Source of the DNA: Collinsella sp.
GTDB lineage: Bacteria; Actinomycetota; Coriobacteriia; Coriobacteriales; Coriobacteriaceae
Direction: 5' to 3'
Assembly (NCBI GenBank): GCA_036313175.1
Contig: JAXJMO010000020.1
Coordinates: 10,670 to 74,669 of the forward strand
Length of the DNA stretch: 64,000 nt
The notes below the pieces were generated by a model. It did no database searches. It was not told the origin of the DNA and was given only the letters and a program-made list of their open reading frames with translations. The position numbers and the translations under genes are program-made. Positions 1 to 8,260 of the stretch are shown one piece after another (the first letter of the stretch is position 1; each line of letters opens with the position of its first letter).

Positions 1-285
1 CGACATCCACTCGTGACAACCGGGGAGCTTGAGGATCGCCTTGTCGACCCCCGCCTCATCCATATCGGCCAAGCGCTTCTCGAGGGTGTAGTCGCCCTCA
101 ATGTAGTTAAGACCCGGAGAACCGGCGGGCATCTCGATCACGATTTGTCGTTTGCCGGCGGAATTCATGGTCAGATAGCCTTCGGTGTCATAGGCGCGGG
201 GTACCTCGGCCAAAAACTGTTCGCAGAGCGTCTCGTCATGAAAGATGTGCTCGTCGAACCAGTAGGAATTTGCATCGATAATCAT
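1..285 (-). CDS. amidohydrolase-2-like protein, N-terminal 95 codons (gene runs off the left edge)
   Basis: Own minus-strand translation MIIDANSYWFDEHIFHDETLCEQF...EKRLADMDEAGVDKAILKLPGCHEWMS. ATG at 283-285 is preceded by AGGCGG. The EKRLxDMDEAGVDKAIL segment resembles PF04909-type amidohydrolases, but the usual N-terminal HxH is DAN here. Absent from the ORF track because there is no in-window stop. Confidence 0.5.
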   Translation of the reverse strand, partial: MIIDANSYWFDEHIFHDETLCEQFLAEVPRAYDTEGYLTMNSAGKRQIVIEMPAGSPGLNYIEGDYTLEKRLADMDEAGVDKAILKLPGCHEWMS

Positions 286-449
286 TGGTTGGAACCGCCT
301 TTCATCTTGTTGAAAACATTCTAGAAAAGCAGGTACCCGGACATCAATTCCAGCTTAAGCCCACTGTATTCCATTTTGGAATAGAACTTACCGCTCACAC
401 GCGAACCTCGCCCGCTCAACGAGACAAGCGCTAACAGCACGGGCTTAGA

Positions 450-489
450 CAGAAAACGGTCGGCCCGCATCCGTTGCGGGCCGACCGTT
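450..489 (-). terminator. intrinsic terminator after the aminotransferase gene
   Basis: 15-bp perfect stem AACGGTCGGCCCGCA / TGCGGGCCGACCGTT (455-469 / 475-489) with a 5-nt loop, followed on the minus strand by TTTTCT. Confidence 0.65.
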
Positions 490-511
490 TCATTACAGTC
501 TACCTTTGCCG

Positions 512-2032
512 TTACGCCTGGCGGTAGTGATCGAAGAAGTCGGCGAGGTCTTCGAGGGACTCTTTGAGTACTTCCATGCGCGGCAGGTACACGATACGGA
601 AGTGGTCGGGCTCAGCCCAGTTGAAGCCGCCGCCACGCGTGATCAGGATCTTCTTCTCGTGCAGCAGGTCAAGGGCGAACTGCTCGTCATCGGTGATGTT
701 GAACTTCTTTACATCCATCTTGGGGAAGATGTAGAACGCCGCACGCGGCTTAACTACCGAGATGCCGTCAATCTTGCTGAGTGCCTCATACACAAAGTTG
801 CGCTGCTCGTAGACACGGCCGCCGGGACGGATGTAGTCGTTAACGGACTGATGGCCACCGAGTGCCGTCTGAACGATCGACTGAGCCGGCACGTTGGAGC
901 ACAGGCGCATGTTGGAAAGCATGTTGATGCCCATGATGAAGTCGCTCATGCAGCGCTGGTTGCCCGAGAGCACCATCCAGCCAATACGATAGCCCGCAAT
1001 CATGTGCGACTTGGAAAGGCCACTAAAGGTAACGCAGGGCAGGTCGGGGGCGAGCGAGGCAATCGAGACGTGCTCGTAGCCGTCCATGCACAGGCGGTCG
1101 TAGATCTCATCGGCAAAGATCATCAGCTGATGCCTGCGTGCAACCTCGACGATGCCCTCGAGCACCTCGCGCGGATAGACGGAACCCGTGGGGTTGTTGG
1201 GGTTGATGATGACGAGGGCTTTGGTCGCGCTCGTGATCTTGGACTCCATATCCTCCAGGTCGGGATACCAATCCGCCTGCTCATCGCACAGATAATGTAC
1301 GGGATGACCGCCAGCAAGGGTTGCGCACGCCGTCCAGAGCGGATAGTCGGGGCTGGGGATCAGAATCTCGTCGCCATTGTCGAGCAGCGCGTTCATCGAA
1401 AGCTGAATGAGCTCGGACACGCCGTTGCCCGTGTAGATATGCTCCATCTGAACGTTGGGCAGGCCTTTGATCTGCGAATACTGCATGATCGCCTTGCGCG
1501 CGGAGAACAGGCCACGCGAGTTGGAATAGCCTTCGCAGTCGGGCAGCTGCTGGCGCATGTCCTTGATGACCTCATCGGGCGTGCGGAAACCGAAGGGCGC
1601 CGGGTTGCCGATATTGAGCTTGAGGATGCGCTCGCCCTCGTCCTCCATACGGGCGGCCTCGTCGACGACGGGACCGCGCACGTCATACAGGACGTTATCG
1701 AGCTTGGTGGATTTAGAAAAAGTACGCATGGTGGTGCTCCTTGCAATTTGAGCTGAGGGATGGGGTTCGTGCTTGGAATCGTTGCGGGGTGATGATGCCT
1801 CGCCTTGATCGGCGTCGCCGGCAAGCAGCCAGGTAACATCGACCTCCAAAATACGGGCGAGCAGCTCAGCCACATCGCGCCGCGGGATCGTCTTGCCGCT
1901 CACATATTGGCTCATCTGACTCTTGCCGAGTTTTTTGCCGAGCATCTCCGATGCGCGGATTACGTCCGACTGGCGAACGTCGCGATTGGACATAGTCTGT
2001 CGCAGGCGATCGCAAAACGTCTCTTGGGCCAC
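512..2032 (-). CDS. bifunctional XRE-type HTH domain / class I aminotransferase (AlaA/AlaT-like)
   Basis: The C-terminal ~400 aa carry NPNNPTGSVY and SGLSKSHMIAGYRIGW (PLP-Lys region), typical of alanine/glutamate-pyruvate aminotransferases. The N-terminal ~70 aa (ETFCDRLRQTMSNRDVRQSDVIRASEMLG...SQMSQYVSGKT) is an XRE HTH. I place the start at GTG 2030-2032, 5 nt after AAGGAGG, rather than the track start at 2071. Confidence 0.85.
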   Translation of the reverse strand: MAQETFCDRLRQTMSNRDVRQSDVIRASEMLGKKLGKSQMSQYVSGKTIPRRDVAELLARILEVDVTWLLAGDADQGEASSPRNDSKHEPHPSAQIARSTTMRTFSKSTKLDNVLYDVRGPVVDEAARMEDEGERILKLNIGNPAPFGFRTPDEVIKDMRQQLPDCEGYSNSRGLFSARKAIMQYSQIKGLPNVQMEHIYTGNGVSELIQLSMNALLDNGDEILIPSPDYPLWTACATLAGGHPVHYLCDEQADWYPDLEDMESKITSATKALVIINPNNPTGSVYPREVLEGIVEVARRHQLMIFADEIYDRLCMDGYEHVSIASLAPDLPCVTFSGLSKSHMIAGYRIGWMVLSGNQRCMSDFIMGINMLSNMRLCSNVPAQSIVQTALGGHQSVNDYIRPGGRVYEQRNFVYEALSKIDGISVVKPRAAFYIFPKMDVKKFNITDDEQFALDLLHEKKILITRGGGFNWAEPDHFRIVYLPRMEVLKESLEDLADFFDHYRQA

Positions 2033-2052
2033 AGGAACCTCCTTGCTGGCAA

Positions 2053-2135
2053 AGTTCAATTTATAGAACACGAATTGAACCTGAGTTCAATTTAGGCAGC
2101 AGTATAGCGCGACGCATTATCCGAAAGTTCAATTT
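2053..2135. promoter_or_regulatory. cluster of AGTTCAATTT motifs, including an 8-4-8 palindrome; candidate operator of the HTH-aminotransferase
   Basis: AGTTCAATTT at 2053-2062, 2084-2093 and 2126-2135. AATTGAAC-CTGA-GTTCAATT is a perfect palindrome at 2073-2092. All copies lie within ~100 bp upstream of the GTG at 2032. Confidence 0.45.
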
Positions 2136-2194
2136 CATAAGAAAATGTACCGAGCCCCGAGAATTGTCCCAAAGTGGACAACAGGTACGCGCTT

Positions 2195-3052
2195 TTAGAG
2201 ATATTCAAGGAAACGAGCCGCCGCAAGAGAAACGTCAGCCGTGCGATATATTGCATTGATCTGCCGATGAGGACGTCCCTCGAGCGGGCGCACGGCGACA
2301 TCGAACTGGCAGCGGCGCAAGATGAGCGCCGGAAGAATGCTCACGCCCAGGCCGTCCTCGACCATAGCCATAATCGCATAGTCATCCCAGGTCGACAGTT
2401 TTGAGCGCACTGTCAGCCCCGCGCGGCGAAACAGCGGCGTAATCTCGTCGTCGCTACCCCGTTCCAGCAGAATAAACTGCTCGTTGGCCAAATCGGCAAG
2501 GGAAACGACCTCCGCGGTGGCAAGCGAGGAGTCCGCTGGCACCACGGCCATCAGCTCGTCTTGCACCAACGGCCGCGACGCCATGCCGGCGCCGCGTGGC
2601 TCGCGCGGAATAAAGCCCAGGTCGCAGCGGCCTTCCGCCACCCATTGCTCAATCTCGGAGTAATCACCCATCAACAGCTCGTAATCGACATCCGGATGAT
2701 CGGCGCGAAAGCGCGCAATCACCGGCGGCAGCACGTGGGTCGCCACACTCGAAAACGTACCGATGCAGATCTTGCCGCGCATGAGCCCACGCATCTCATC
2801 CACCCGTCGCTGCAAGCGAGTGAATTCCTCGCAGAGCGCCTCGACTGCCGGCATGACCTGCCGCCCGTCGGCAGAAAGCACTACGCCCTCGCGGCTGCGA
2901 TCAAGCACCTTAAAACCCCAGTCTGCCTCAAGGTCGCCCACCATGCGGCTCACGCCCGGCTGCGAATAGCTCAACCGCTCTGCAGCACGCGTAAAGCTGC
3001 CGGCACGCACCGTCTCGAGCAGCACTTGCATCTTTTGGATATTGGTCTCCAC
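2195..3052 (-). CDS. LysR family transcriptional regulator
   Basis: N-terminal HTH (FTRAAERLSYSQPGVSRMVGDLE) plus a LysR substrate-binding domain. GTG at 3050-3052 lies 8 nt after AAGGTGGAG, so the track start at 3073 is probably too long. Confidence 0.85.
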   Translation of the reverse strand: METNIQKMQVLLETVRAGSFTRAAERLSYSQPGVSRMVGDLEADWGFKVLDRSREGVVLSADGRQVMPAVEALCEEFTRLQRRVDEMRGLMRGKICIGTFSSVATHVLPPVIARFRADHPDVDYELLMGDYSEIEQWVAEGRCDLGFIPREPRGAGMASRPLVQDELMAVVPADSSLATAEVVSLADLANEQFILLERGSDDEITPLFRRAGLTVRSKLSTWDDYAIMAMVEDGLGVSILPALILRRCQFDVAVRPLEGRPHRQINAIYRTADVSLAAARFLEYL

Positions 3053-3124
3053 GGCACGTCTCCACCTTTGCATGAGTTTTTGTCATGTTTGCCATGCATT
3101 ATATTCGCTTTTCTTCTAAAGCCA

Positions 3125-3141
3125 GTTCACCCATTGTGAAC
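3125..3141. promoter_or_regulatory. candidate LysR box (T-N11-A type) in the LysR/EamA divergent region
   Basis: GTTCAC-CCATT-GTGAAC is a perfect 6-5-6 inverted repeat that contains TTCA-N7-TGAA. It sits between divergent genes starting at 3052 (-) and 3171 (+). Confidence 0.4.
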
Positions 3142-3170
3142 ATGCTCGGATATAGAGGGGATGTCAGCGC

Positions 3171-4082
3171 ATGAACAACGGACTGTTTACGTACTTAGCA
3201 GCATTGCTATTGTTTGGCTCCAACGGCATCATCGCCGCTGCCATCGCGCTGCCGAGCTCCGATATCGTGCTACTACGCACGTTTTTGGGCGCACTCTCGC
3301 TTGTCACCGTCCTCGCCATCACCCAACGCCATAAGTTGCAGGCGCCATCTCGCCCCCGCGAAGCCGCAGCCCTCCTCCTCTCGGGAGCCGCACTGGGCGC
3401 CAGCTGGATTTTTCTGTTCCGCGCCTATCAGACGATCGGCGTCGGCGTATCCTCGCTGCTGTACTACTGCGGCCCCATCATCGTCATGGCGCTCTCCCCG
3501 CTCATCTTTGGCGAAAAGCTGACCGGCGGCAAAATCGCCGGCTTTATCGCCGTCGCCTGCGGTGCTTTTCTCATTGCGGCACAAGGTCTAGGCGGCAACA
3601 TGCCCATTGCGGGCATCGTCTGCGGAATCGCCTCGGCATTTTGCTATGCACTGATGGTCATTGCCAGCAAGGGAGCGCCACATATCGAAGGTCTCGAGAA
3701 TTCCACGCTCCAGGTGAGCGCCGCCTTTGTAACCGCGTTGATCCTTACGCTCTTCACGCAGGGTGCCCCCTCGTTCCTCTCCCCTAGCATTGCCGCCGGC
3801 ATCGATTGGCGCGCCGTTGCCATGCTCGGCATTGTCAACACCGGCATTGGCTGCCTGCTCTACTTTAGTGCTGTCGCCAAGCTGCCCGTCCAGACCGTCG
3901 CGGTCGTCGGCTACCTTGAGCCGCTTTCGGCCGTCGTGTTCTCGGCCGTCCTTTTAGGCGAAGCCATAACACCGGTCCGTCTGATGGGTGCCGCACTTAT
4001 CATCGGCGGCGCGCTCTTTTGCGAACTCGTCGGCAAACGCGCAGACACCAAAGCAAGCATCGCCCAAGCGGCACGCGCTTAA
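3171..4082 (+). CDS. EamA/DMT family transporter
   Basis: A 303-aa polytopic membrane protein with the two-fold EamA-like repeat pattern. ATG is preceded by AGAGGGGA. Divergent from a LysR gene. Confidence 0.75.
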   Translation: MNNGLFTYLAALLLFGSNGIIAAAIALPSSDIVLLRTFLGALSLVTVLAITQRHKLQAPSRPREAAALLLSGAALGASWIFLFRAYQTIGVGVSSLLYYCGPIIVMALSPLIFGEKLTGGKIAGFIAVACGAFLIAAQGLGGNMPIAGIVCGIASAFCYALMVIASKGAPHIEGLENSTLQVSAAFVTALILTLFTQGAPSFLSPSIAAGIDWRAVAMLGIVNTGIGCLLYFSAVAKLPVQTVAVVGYLEPLSAVVFSAVLLGEAITPVRLMGAALIIGGALFCELVGKRADTKASIAQAARA

Positions 4083-4116
4083 AAGCCCCTGCTTTGAAAT
4101 GCCACCTGCGTATATT

Positions 4117-4140
4117 AATAATCCCCAGCTGGGGATTATT
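4117..4140. repeat. 24-bp perfect palindrome AATAATCCCCAG/CTGGGGATTATT
   Basis: Read directly. It lies 35 bp after the EamA stop and upstream of kup. It shares the ATCCCCA...TGGGGAT core with the hairpin at 19928-19958. Confidence 0.7.
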
Positions 4141-4221
4141 GTCTAAAACACCCCGATGTGCCAAACTGCTCTTATATGTATAAAGATGGCATAAAGGTCT
4201 ACTGCCCTTTGCAGGGGCCAG

Positions 4222-6471
4222 ATGTCCAAGGGAGTCCACGTGGCACACAACGAACTGGAGGCAAGCCTCCAAGACCAGCGTAGTCAGAGCGGACATGGCG
4301 CCATCCCCCTCTCCGCTGGCATGCTGCTCGTTACGCTCGGCGTCGTCTATGGCGACATCGGCACGAGCCCTATGTACACCATGAAATCAATTGTCGCCAA
4401 CAACGGCGGCATCGGTACCGTCAGCGAGGACATGATCCTGGGCGCGCTTTCGCTCGTCATCTGGACCATGACACTCGTGACCACGGTCAAGTACGTGGTA
4501 ATCGCCATGAAGGCCGACAACCACAACGAAGGCGGCATCTTCGCCCTGTTCAGCCTGGTGCGCAAAGTGGCACCATGGCTGATTCTGCCCGCCATGATCG
4601 GCGGTGCGGCACTGCTTGCCGACGGCATCCTCACCCCCGCCGTCACGGTCACCACAGCCATCGAGGGTCTGCGCACCATCGAATGGGGCCATGCGCTTTT
4701 GGGTGACGGCCAGACCAATGTGATCATCATCACCATCATCATTATCTGCGGTCTGTTTGCCATGCAGCGCGCCGGCACCTCGTCAATCGGCAAGCTCTTC
4801 GGTCCGCTCATGACACTATGGTTCCTGTTCCTGGCGGGCACCGGCCTGTTCAACATGCTCGGCAACCTGTCCATCCTACGCGCGCTCAACCCCATTCGCG
4901 GCATCATGTTCCTGTTCTCGCCCATCAACCACTCGGGCATCATGGTGCTCGGCTTCGTCTTCCTGTCGACGACCGGCGCCGAGGCGCTCTATTCGGACAT
5001 GGGTCACGTGGGCAAGGCTAACATTTACGCATCCTGGCCATTTGTTAAGGCAGCCCTCATCCTTAACTATCTGGGTCAGGGCGCTTGGCTGCTTGCCAAT
5101 AACTCCAACCCCCAGATGCTCGCGATGGATATCGTCAACCCGTTCTACATGATGCTTCCCGAGCCCCTGCGCCCCTTTGCCATCGTGCTTTCGGCCGTAG
5201 CGGCCATCATCGCCTCGCAGGCGCTCATCACCGGCTCGTTCTCGCTGGTATCCGAGGCAACCCGTCTCAATCTCATGCCGCATCTGCGCATCCACTACCC
5301 CAGCGACACCAAGGGCCAGCTCTATATTCCGCTCGTCAACAACATCATGTGGGTCGGCTGTATCTTCATTGTGCTGCTGTTCCAAAACTCCGAGCGCATG
5401 GAGAGCGCCTACGGCCTCGCCATTACCGTAACCATGCTCATGACCACGACGCTTTTGACGAGCTACATCGCCGGCATCCTCAAGCACAAGCTGGGTGCCT
5501 GCGTCTTCGCCCTGCTCTTCGGTGCCATTGAGCTGTGCTTCTTCGCTTCGTGCCTCACCATGTTCTTTGACGGCGGTTACGTCATGATCTTCTTGGCCTC
5601 GCTGCTGTTTGGCCTTATGTACGTGTGGCGCCGCGGCACCGCCATCGAGCGCACGCAAACGATCCTGCTGCCCGTCTCCAAGTACACCGATCAGCTCAAC
5701 CGCCTGCGCAACGACGAGACCTACCCCGTGCTCGCCGACAATCTGGTGTTCCTCACCAACAGCCCCGATCCGCTCACACTCGACCGCGACGTGCTTTATT
5801 CCATCCTGGACAAACATCCCAAGCGCGCCAAGGCATACTGGTTCATCAACGTGCACGTTACCGACGAACCCTATACGCACGAATACTCCGTTGAGACCTT
5901 TGGAACGGACTTTTTGTTCCGCGTGCGCCTGGACCTGGGCTTTAAGGTCAACCAGCGCGTTAATGCCTACCTGCGCCAGATCGTTGGCGACTTGATGGCA
6001 TCGGGTGAGCTGCCGCCGCAGCATCACACCTACTCCATCTACGAGACACGCGGCAACGTGGGCGACTTCCGTTTTTGCATGCTGCGCAAGATGCTCGCCC
6101 CCGAAACGGACATCAACCGCAATGACCACCGCGTCATGGCCATCAAGTACGCCGTCCGCCGCGCCTGCGGAAGCCCGGCACGCTGGTACGGTCTAGAGAA
6201 CTCGGCCATCATCATCGAGTACGTGCCCCTCTTTGCCCGCATGCGCCCGGCCGTTAAGCTCGTGCGCACCCAGGTGCCGCTCGAGGTTCAGATCGAAGAA
6301 GCCGAGGAAATGGAAGTCGATATCTTCTCGGACGACTTGGTCAACGGCAACGAGGCCGGTAGAAACATGAACGTCGATCCCACCGAGCTGCTCGAGAGCG
6401 TCGCCGATACGCCCGAACAGCAACAGCTCGACGGCCTCGAGAGCGAACAACTCAACGACGTCAACTTCTAG
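4222..6471 (+). CDS. kup: KUP/HAK/KT potassium uptake protein
   Basis: GVVYGDIGTSPMYT signature near the N-terminus, about 12 TM segments and a cytoplasmic C-terminal domain. There is a long acidic C-terminal tail (EEAEEMEVDIFSDD...ESEQLNDVNF). Confidence 0.9.
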   Translation: MSKGVHVAHNELEASLQDQRSQSGHGAIPLSAGMLLVTLGVVYGDIGTSPMYTMKSIVANNGGIGTVSEDMILGALSLVIWTMTLVTTVKYVVIAMKADNHNEGGIFALFSLVRKVAPWLILPAMIGGAALLADGILTPAVTVTTAIEGLRTIEWGHALLGDGQTNVIIITIIIICGLFAMQRAGTSSIGKLFGPLMTLWFLFLAGTGLFNMLGNLSILRALNPIRGIMFLFSPINHSGIMVLGFVFLSTTGAEALYSDMGHVGKANIYASWPFVKAALILNYLGQGAWLLANNSNPQMLAMDIVNPFYMMLPEPLRPFAIVLSAVAAIIASQALITGSFSLVSEATRLNLMPHLRIHYPSDTKGQLYIPLVNNIMWVGCIFIVLLFQNSERMESAYGLAITVTMLMTTTLLTSYIAGILKHKLGACVFALLFGAIELCFFASCLTMFFDGGYVMIFLASLLFGLMYVWRRGTAIERTQTILLPVSKYTDQLNRLRNDETYPVLADNLVFLTNSPDPLTLDRDVLYSILDKHPKRAKAYWFINVHVTDEPYTHEYSVETFGTDFLFRVRLDLGFKVNQRVNAYLRQIVGDLMASGELPPQHHTYSIYETRGNVGDFRFCMLRKMLAPETDINRNDHRVMAIKYAVRRACGSPARWYGLENSAIIIEYVPLFARMRPAVKLVRTQVPLEVQIEEAEEMEVDIFSDDLVNGNEAGRNMNVDPTELLESVADTPEQQQLDGLESEQLNDVNF

Positions 6472-6492
6472 TGACGTCACAAATCAACGACA

Positions 6493-6530
6493 GCGGCCCT
6501 GCACCTCACGAGAGACGCAGGGCCGCTTTG
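6493..6530 (+). terminator. intrinsic terminator between convergent kup and bsh
   Basis: GCGGCCCTGC (6493-6502) pairs with GCAGGGCCGC (6517-6526), followed by TTTG. Confidence 0.6.
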
Positions 6531-6550
6531 CATTGCAGTAAAGCTAGCGG

Positions 6551-7516
6551 CTACGAACGGCGCGGCTCGGGAACCACGAGCCTATCGGAGCTCGCGCCCT
6601 CGGCATCCATCAGGCTCACGTAGCGAATCGACGGATCCCCATACATCGCGTAGTAATAATTGCCCGTGCGCGCGCTAAAGCATCCGGTGTAGATAGTCTT
6701 CTCGAACTTGCCATCGCCCATCCTGGACGCTCCCTCGATCATCACCACGCCCTCGAGCGAGCGGAACATGCGAACGACGTTTTCGGTCTCGCTCTCCTTT
6801 TGTGGGTAATTGGCATTGAGGTACGCCGCCTTTACAAAACGGCTCGGCGAATAGCAATCGCCCGGAATGCCGCGCATGCCGGCACCGGCTCCATAGGGCT
6901 TAAGCTCGGCGCCACGCCATGTCGCCGTCTGCGGAAAATCGCTTGTGGCGGTGATATAGGTGCGGAGGTTTTCCATGTGCCACGGGAAGGTGGGCTGATT
7001 GGCGAGGGTGTCGACCGGATCGCCGTATACATGCAGGCCGTCAGCCATCATCTCGACCACGATGCTGCGCTGGCTGTCGCCGATAATCCAATGGAGCAGC
7101 GACACGCCCAGCCCCTCTCCGGCAGATTTGGCGACAATCACCGTATCGCGCAGCGCGGCCTCGACCTCATCGACCGTCGAGAACGTCGCTGCCACCCACA
7201 GGGGAAACTCATAGGCCGCAATATTGTTCTTGCCGTCGACAGGGCCCTCGGCATACTCGGCATAACCCGGGAAATTGAGACCCGCCACGGCAAGGCCCGC
7301 ATCGTTGCCGCAGTCGAAGAACATAGGGTAGTTCTTGTAATCGATGCACATACCGATCACCGCGTGCGCCGCTGTCGCGTCGTCGATAAACGAATACGGA
7401 ATGTGAAACCCGCGCGGCATCACGCGAACCTGTTGGCCGTAGTCAAAGCTCCAGTCGAGATTGCGGCCCAGATACATGTGGCCAGAATTATCGGTAAATC
7501 GAATACTCGTACACAT
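6551..7516 (-). CDS. bsh: choloylglycine hydrolase family (bile salt hydrolase-like Ntn hydrolase)
   Basis: The protein begins MCTSIRFTD, with the Cys2 nucleophile directly after Met, followed by YLGRNLDW. The ATG at 7514-7516 lies 5 nt after a perfect AGGAGG. The 21-codon upstream extension in the track is rejected. Confidence 0.85.
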   Translation of the reverse strand: MCTSIRFTDNSGHMYLGRNLDWSFDYGQQVRVMPRGFHIPYSFIDDATAAHAVIGMCIDYKNYPMFFDCGNDAGLAVAGLNFPGYAEYAEGPVDGKNNIAAYEFPLWVAATFSTVDEVEAALRDTVIVAKSAGEGLGVSLLHWIIGDSQRSIVVEMMADGLHVYGDPVDTLANQPTFPWHMENLRTYITATSDFPQTATWRGAELKPYGAGAGMRGIPGDCYSPSRFVKAAYLNANYPQKESETENVVRMFRSLEGVVMIEGASRMGDGKFEKTIYTGCFSARTGNYYYAMYGDPSIRYVSLMDAEGASSDRLVVPEPRRS

Positions 7517-7576
7517 AGCGCCTCCTAGCTTTACGTTCTTGCTAATTTCATTGTCTCCAAACAAAAAGGCGCTAAA

Positions 7577-7615
7577 CACAAAAGCCCGGACATGACAACA
7601 ATGTCATGCCCGGGC
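7577..7615 (-). terminator. hairpin plus T-rich tail after the deformylase-like gene
   Basis: GCCCGGACATGACA / TGTCATGCCCGGGC stem with one mismatch, followed on the minus strand by TTTTGTG. Confidence 0.5.
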
Positions 7616-7647
7616 CAAAAGAGACGAAGTGCGGTGCTTTGGTCCCC

Positions 7648-8079
7648 TTAGACCAACTTTCCAAGACAGTGGTCAATCATGTGTTGAATCATCTGCGCCT
7701 CGAAGCCCACAAAGTCCTGCTTGCGCTCGCGCATCTTGCCGTCGACGATCACGTCATAAGCGACCTTGCACTTGATATAGCGCGTGGACTTGGTGACCTC
7801 CTCGTGCGTCAGGCAGCTCTCCTCCATCTTGCTGGCACCCAGGCCAAACACCAGACGGGGGTTGTAGAGCACGTGGGGCTCGCCGGCGTCGTCCAGGTAG
7901 ACGCAGACCTTCTTGGTAACGCCAATCTGGTTAGCGGCAAGGCAGCCGGCATCGTCGAGCGACTTGATGGTATCGATCAGGTCCTGAGCAACCGACTCGT
8001 CCTCGACGGTCGCAACCTCGCAACGCTGGGACAGGATAGCCTCGTCGTGGCAAAGCTCTTTAATCATACGTTCCTCCAT
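7648..8079 (-). CDS. peptide deformylase-like protein lacking the catalytic Glu
   Basis: The three PDF motifs are recognisable but altered: AGCLAANQIG (motif 1), EESCLT (motif 2, Cys kept) and QHMIDH (motif 3, canonical QHExDH). The Met codon at 7678-7680 replaces the Glu. Confidence 0.7.
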   Translation of the reverse strand: MEERMIKELCHDEAILSQRCEVATVEDESVAQDLIDTIKSLDDAGCLAANQIGVTKKVCVYLDDAGEPHVLYNPRLVFGLGASKMEESCLTHEEVTKSTRYIKCKVAYDVIVDGKMRERKQDFVGFEAQMIQHMIDHCLGKLV

Positions 8080-8260
8080 AGGGGTCGTTGTAACCGCTTA
8101 AGTATACGGTACCCACACATTTTCATGCGAAAAATACCGTCCGTCTGCTACAAAGCGCCGAACATCAACATGCGAGGAACAACAGCGTCGTAAAGGGGCT
8201 ATAGTGGGTGAGTTCGTGTCAATCGGCCTAAACTCGGGGCCGAACAAGGAAAGGGTATGC

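Noticed and set aside
506-1756. 416-aa plus-strand ORF
   Set aside because: It is antisense to the well-supported aminotransferase gene. It has a low-complexity Arg/Ala/Gly/Val-rich product and no SD, the typical high-GC shadow ORF.
4083-4221. c-di-AMP (ydaO-type) riboswitch or an SD-sequestering long-range helix upstream of kup
   Set aside because: The region is only 139 nt, with no ydaO-like conserved blocks. The 8-nt complementarity between 4085-4092 and 4210-4217 (GCCCCTGC / GCAGGGGC) is too short to claim on its own.
8080-8260. Purine riboswitch upstream of the NCS2 purine permease
   Set aside because: The conserved UAUAAU...GGAUAUGG...CUACCGGG...CCGUAAAU...CCGACUAUG blocks are not recognisable on the plus strand.
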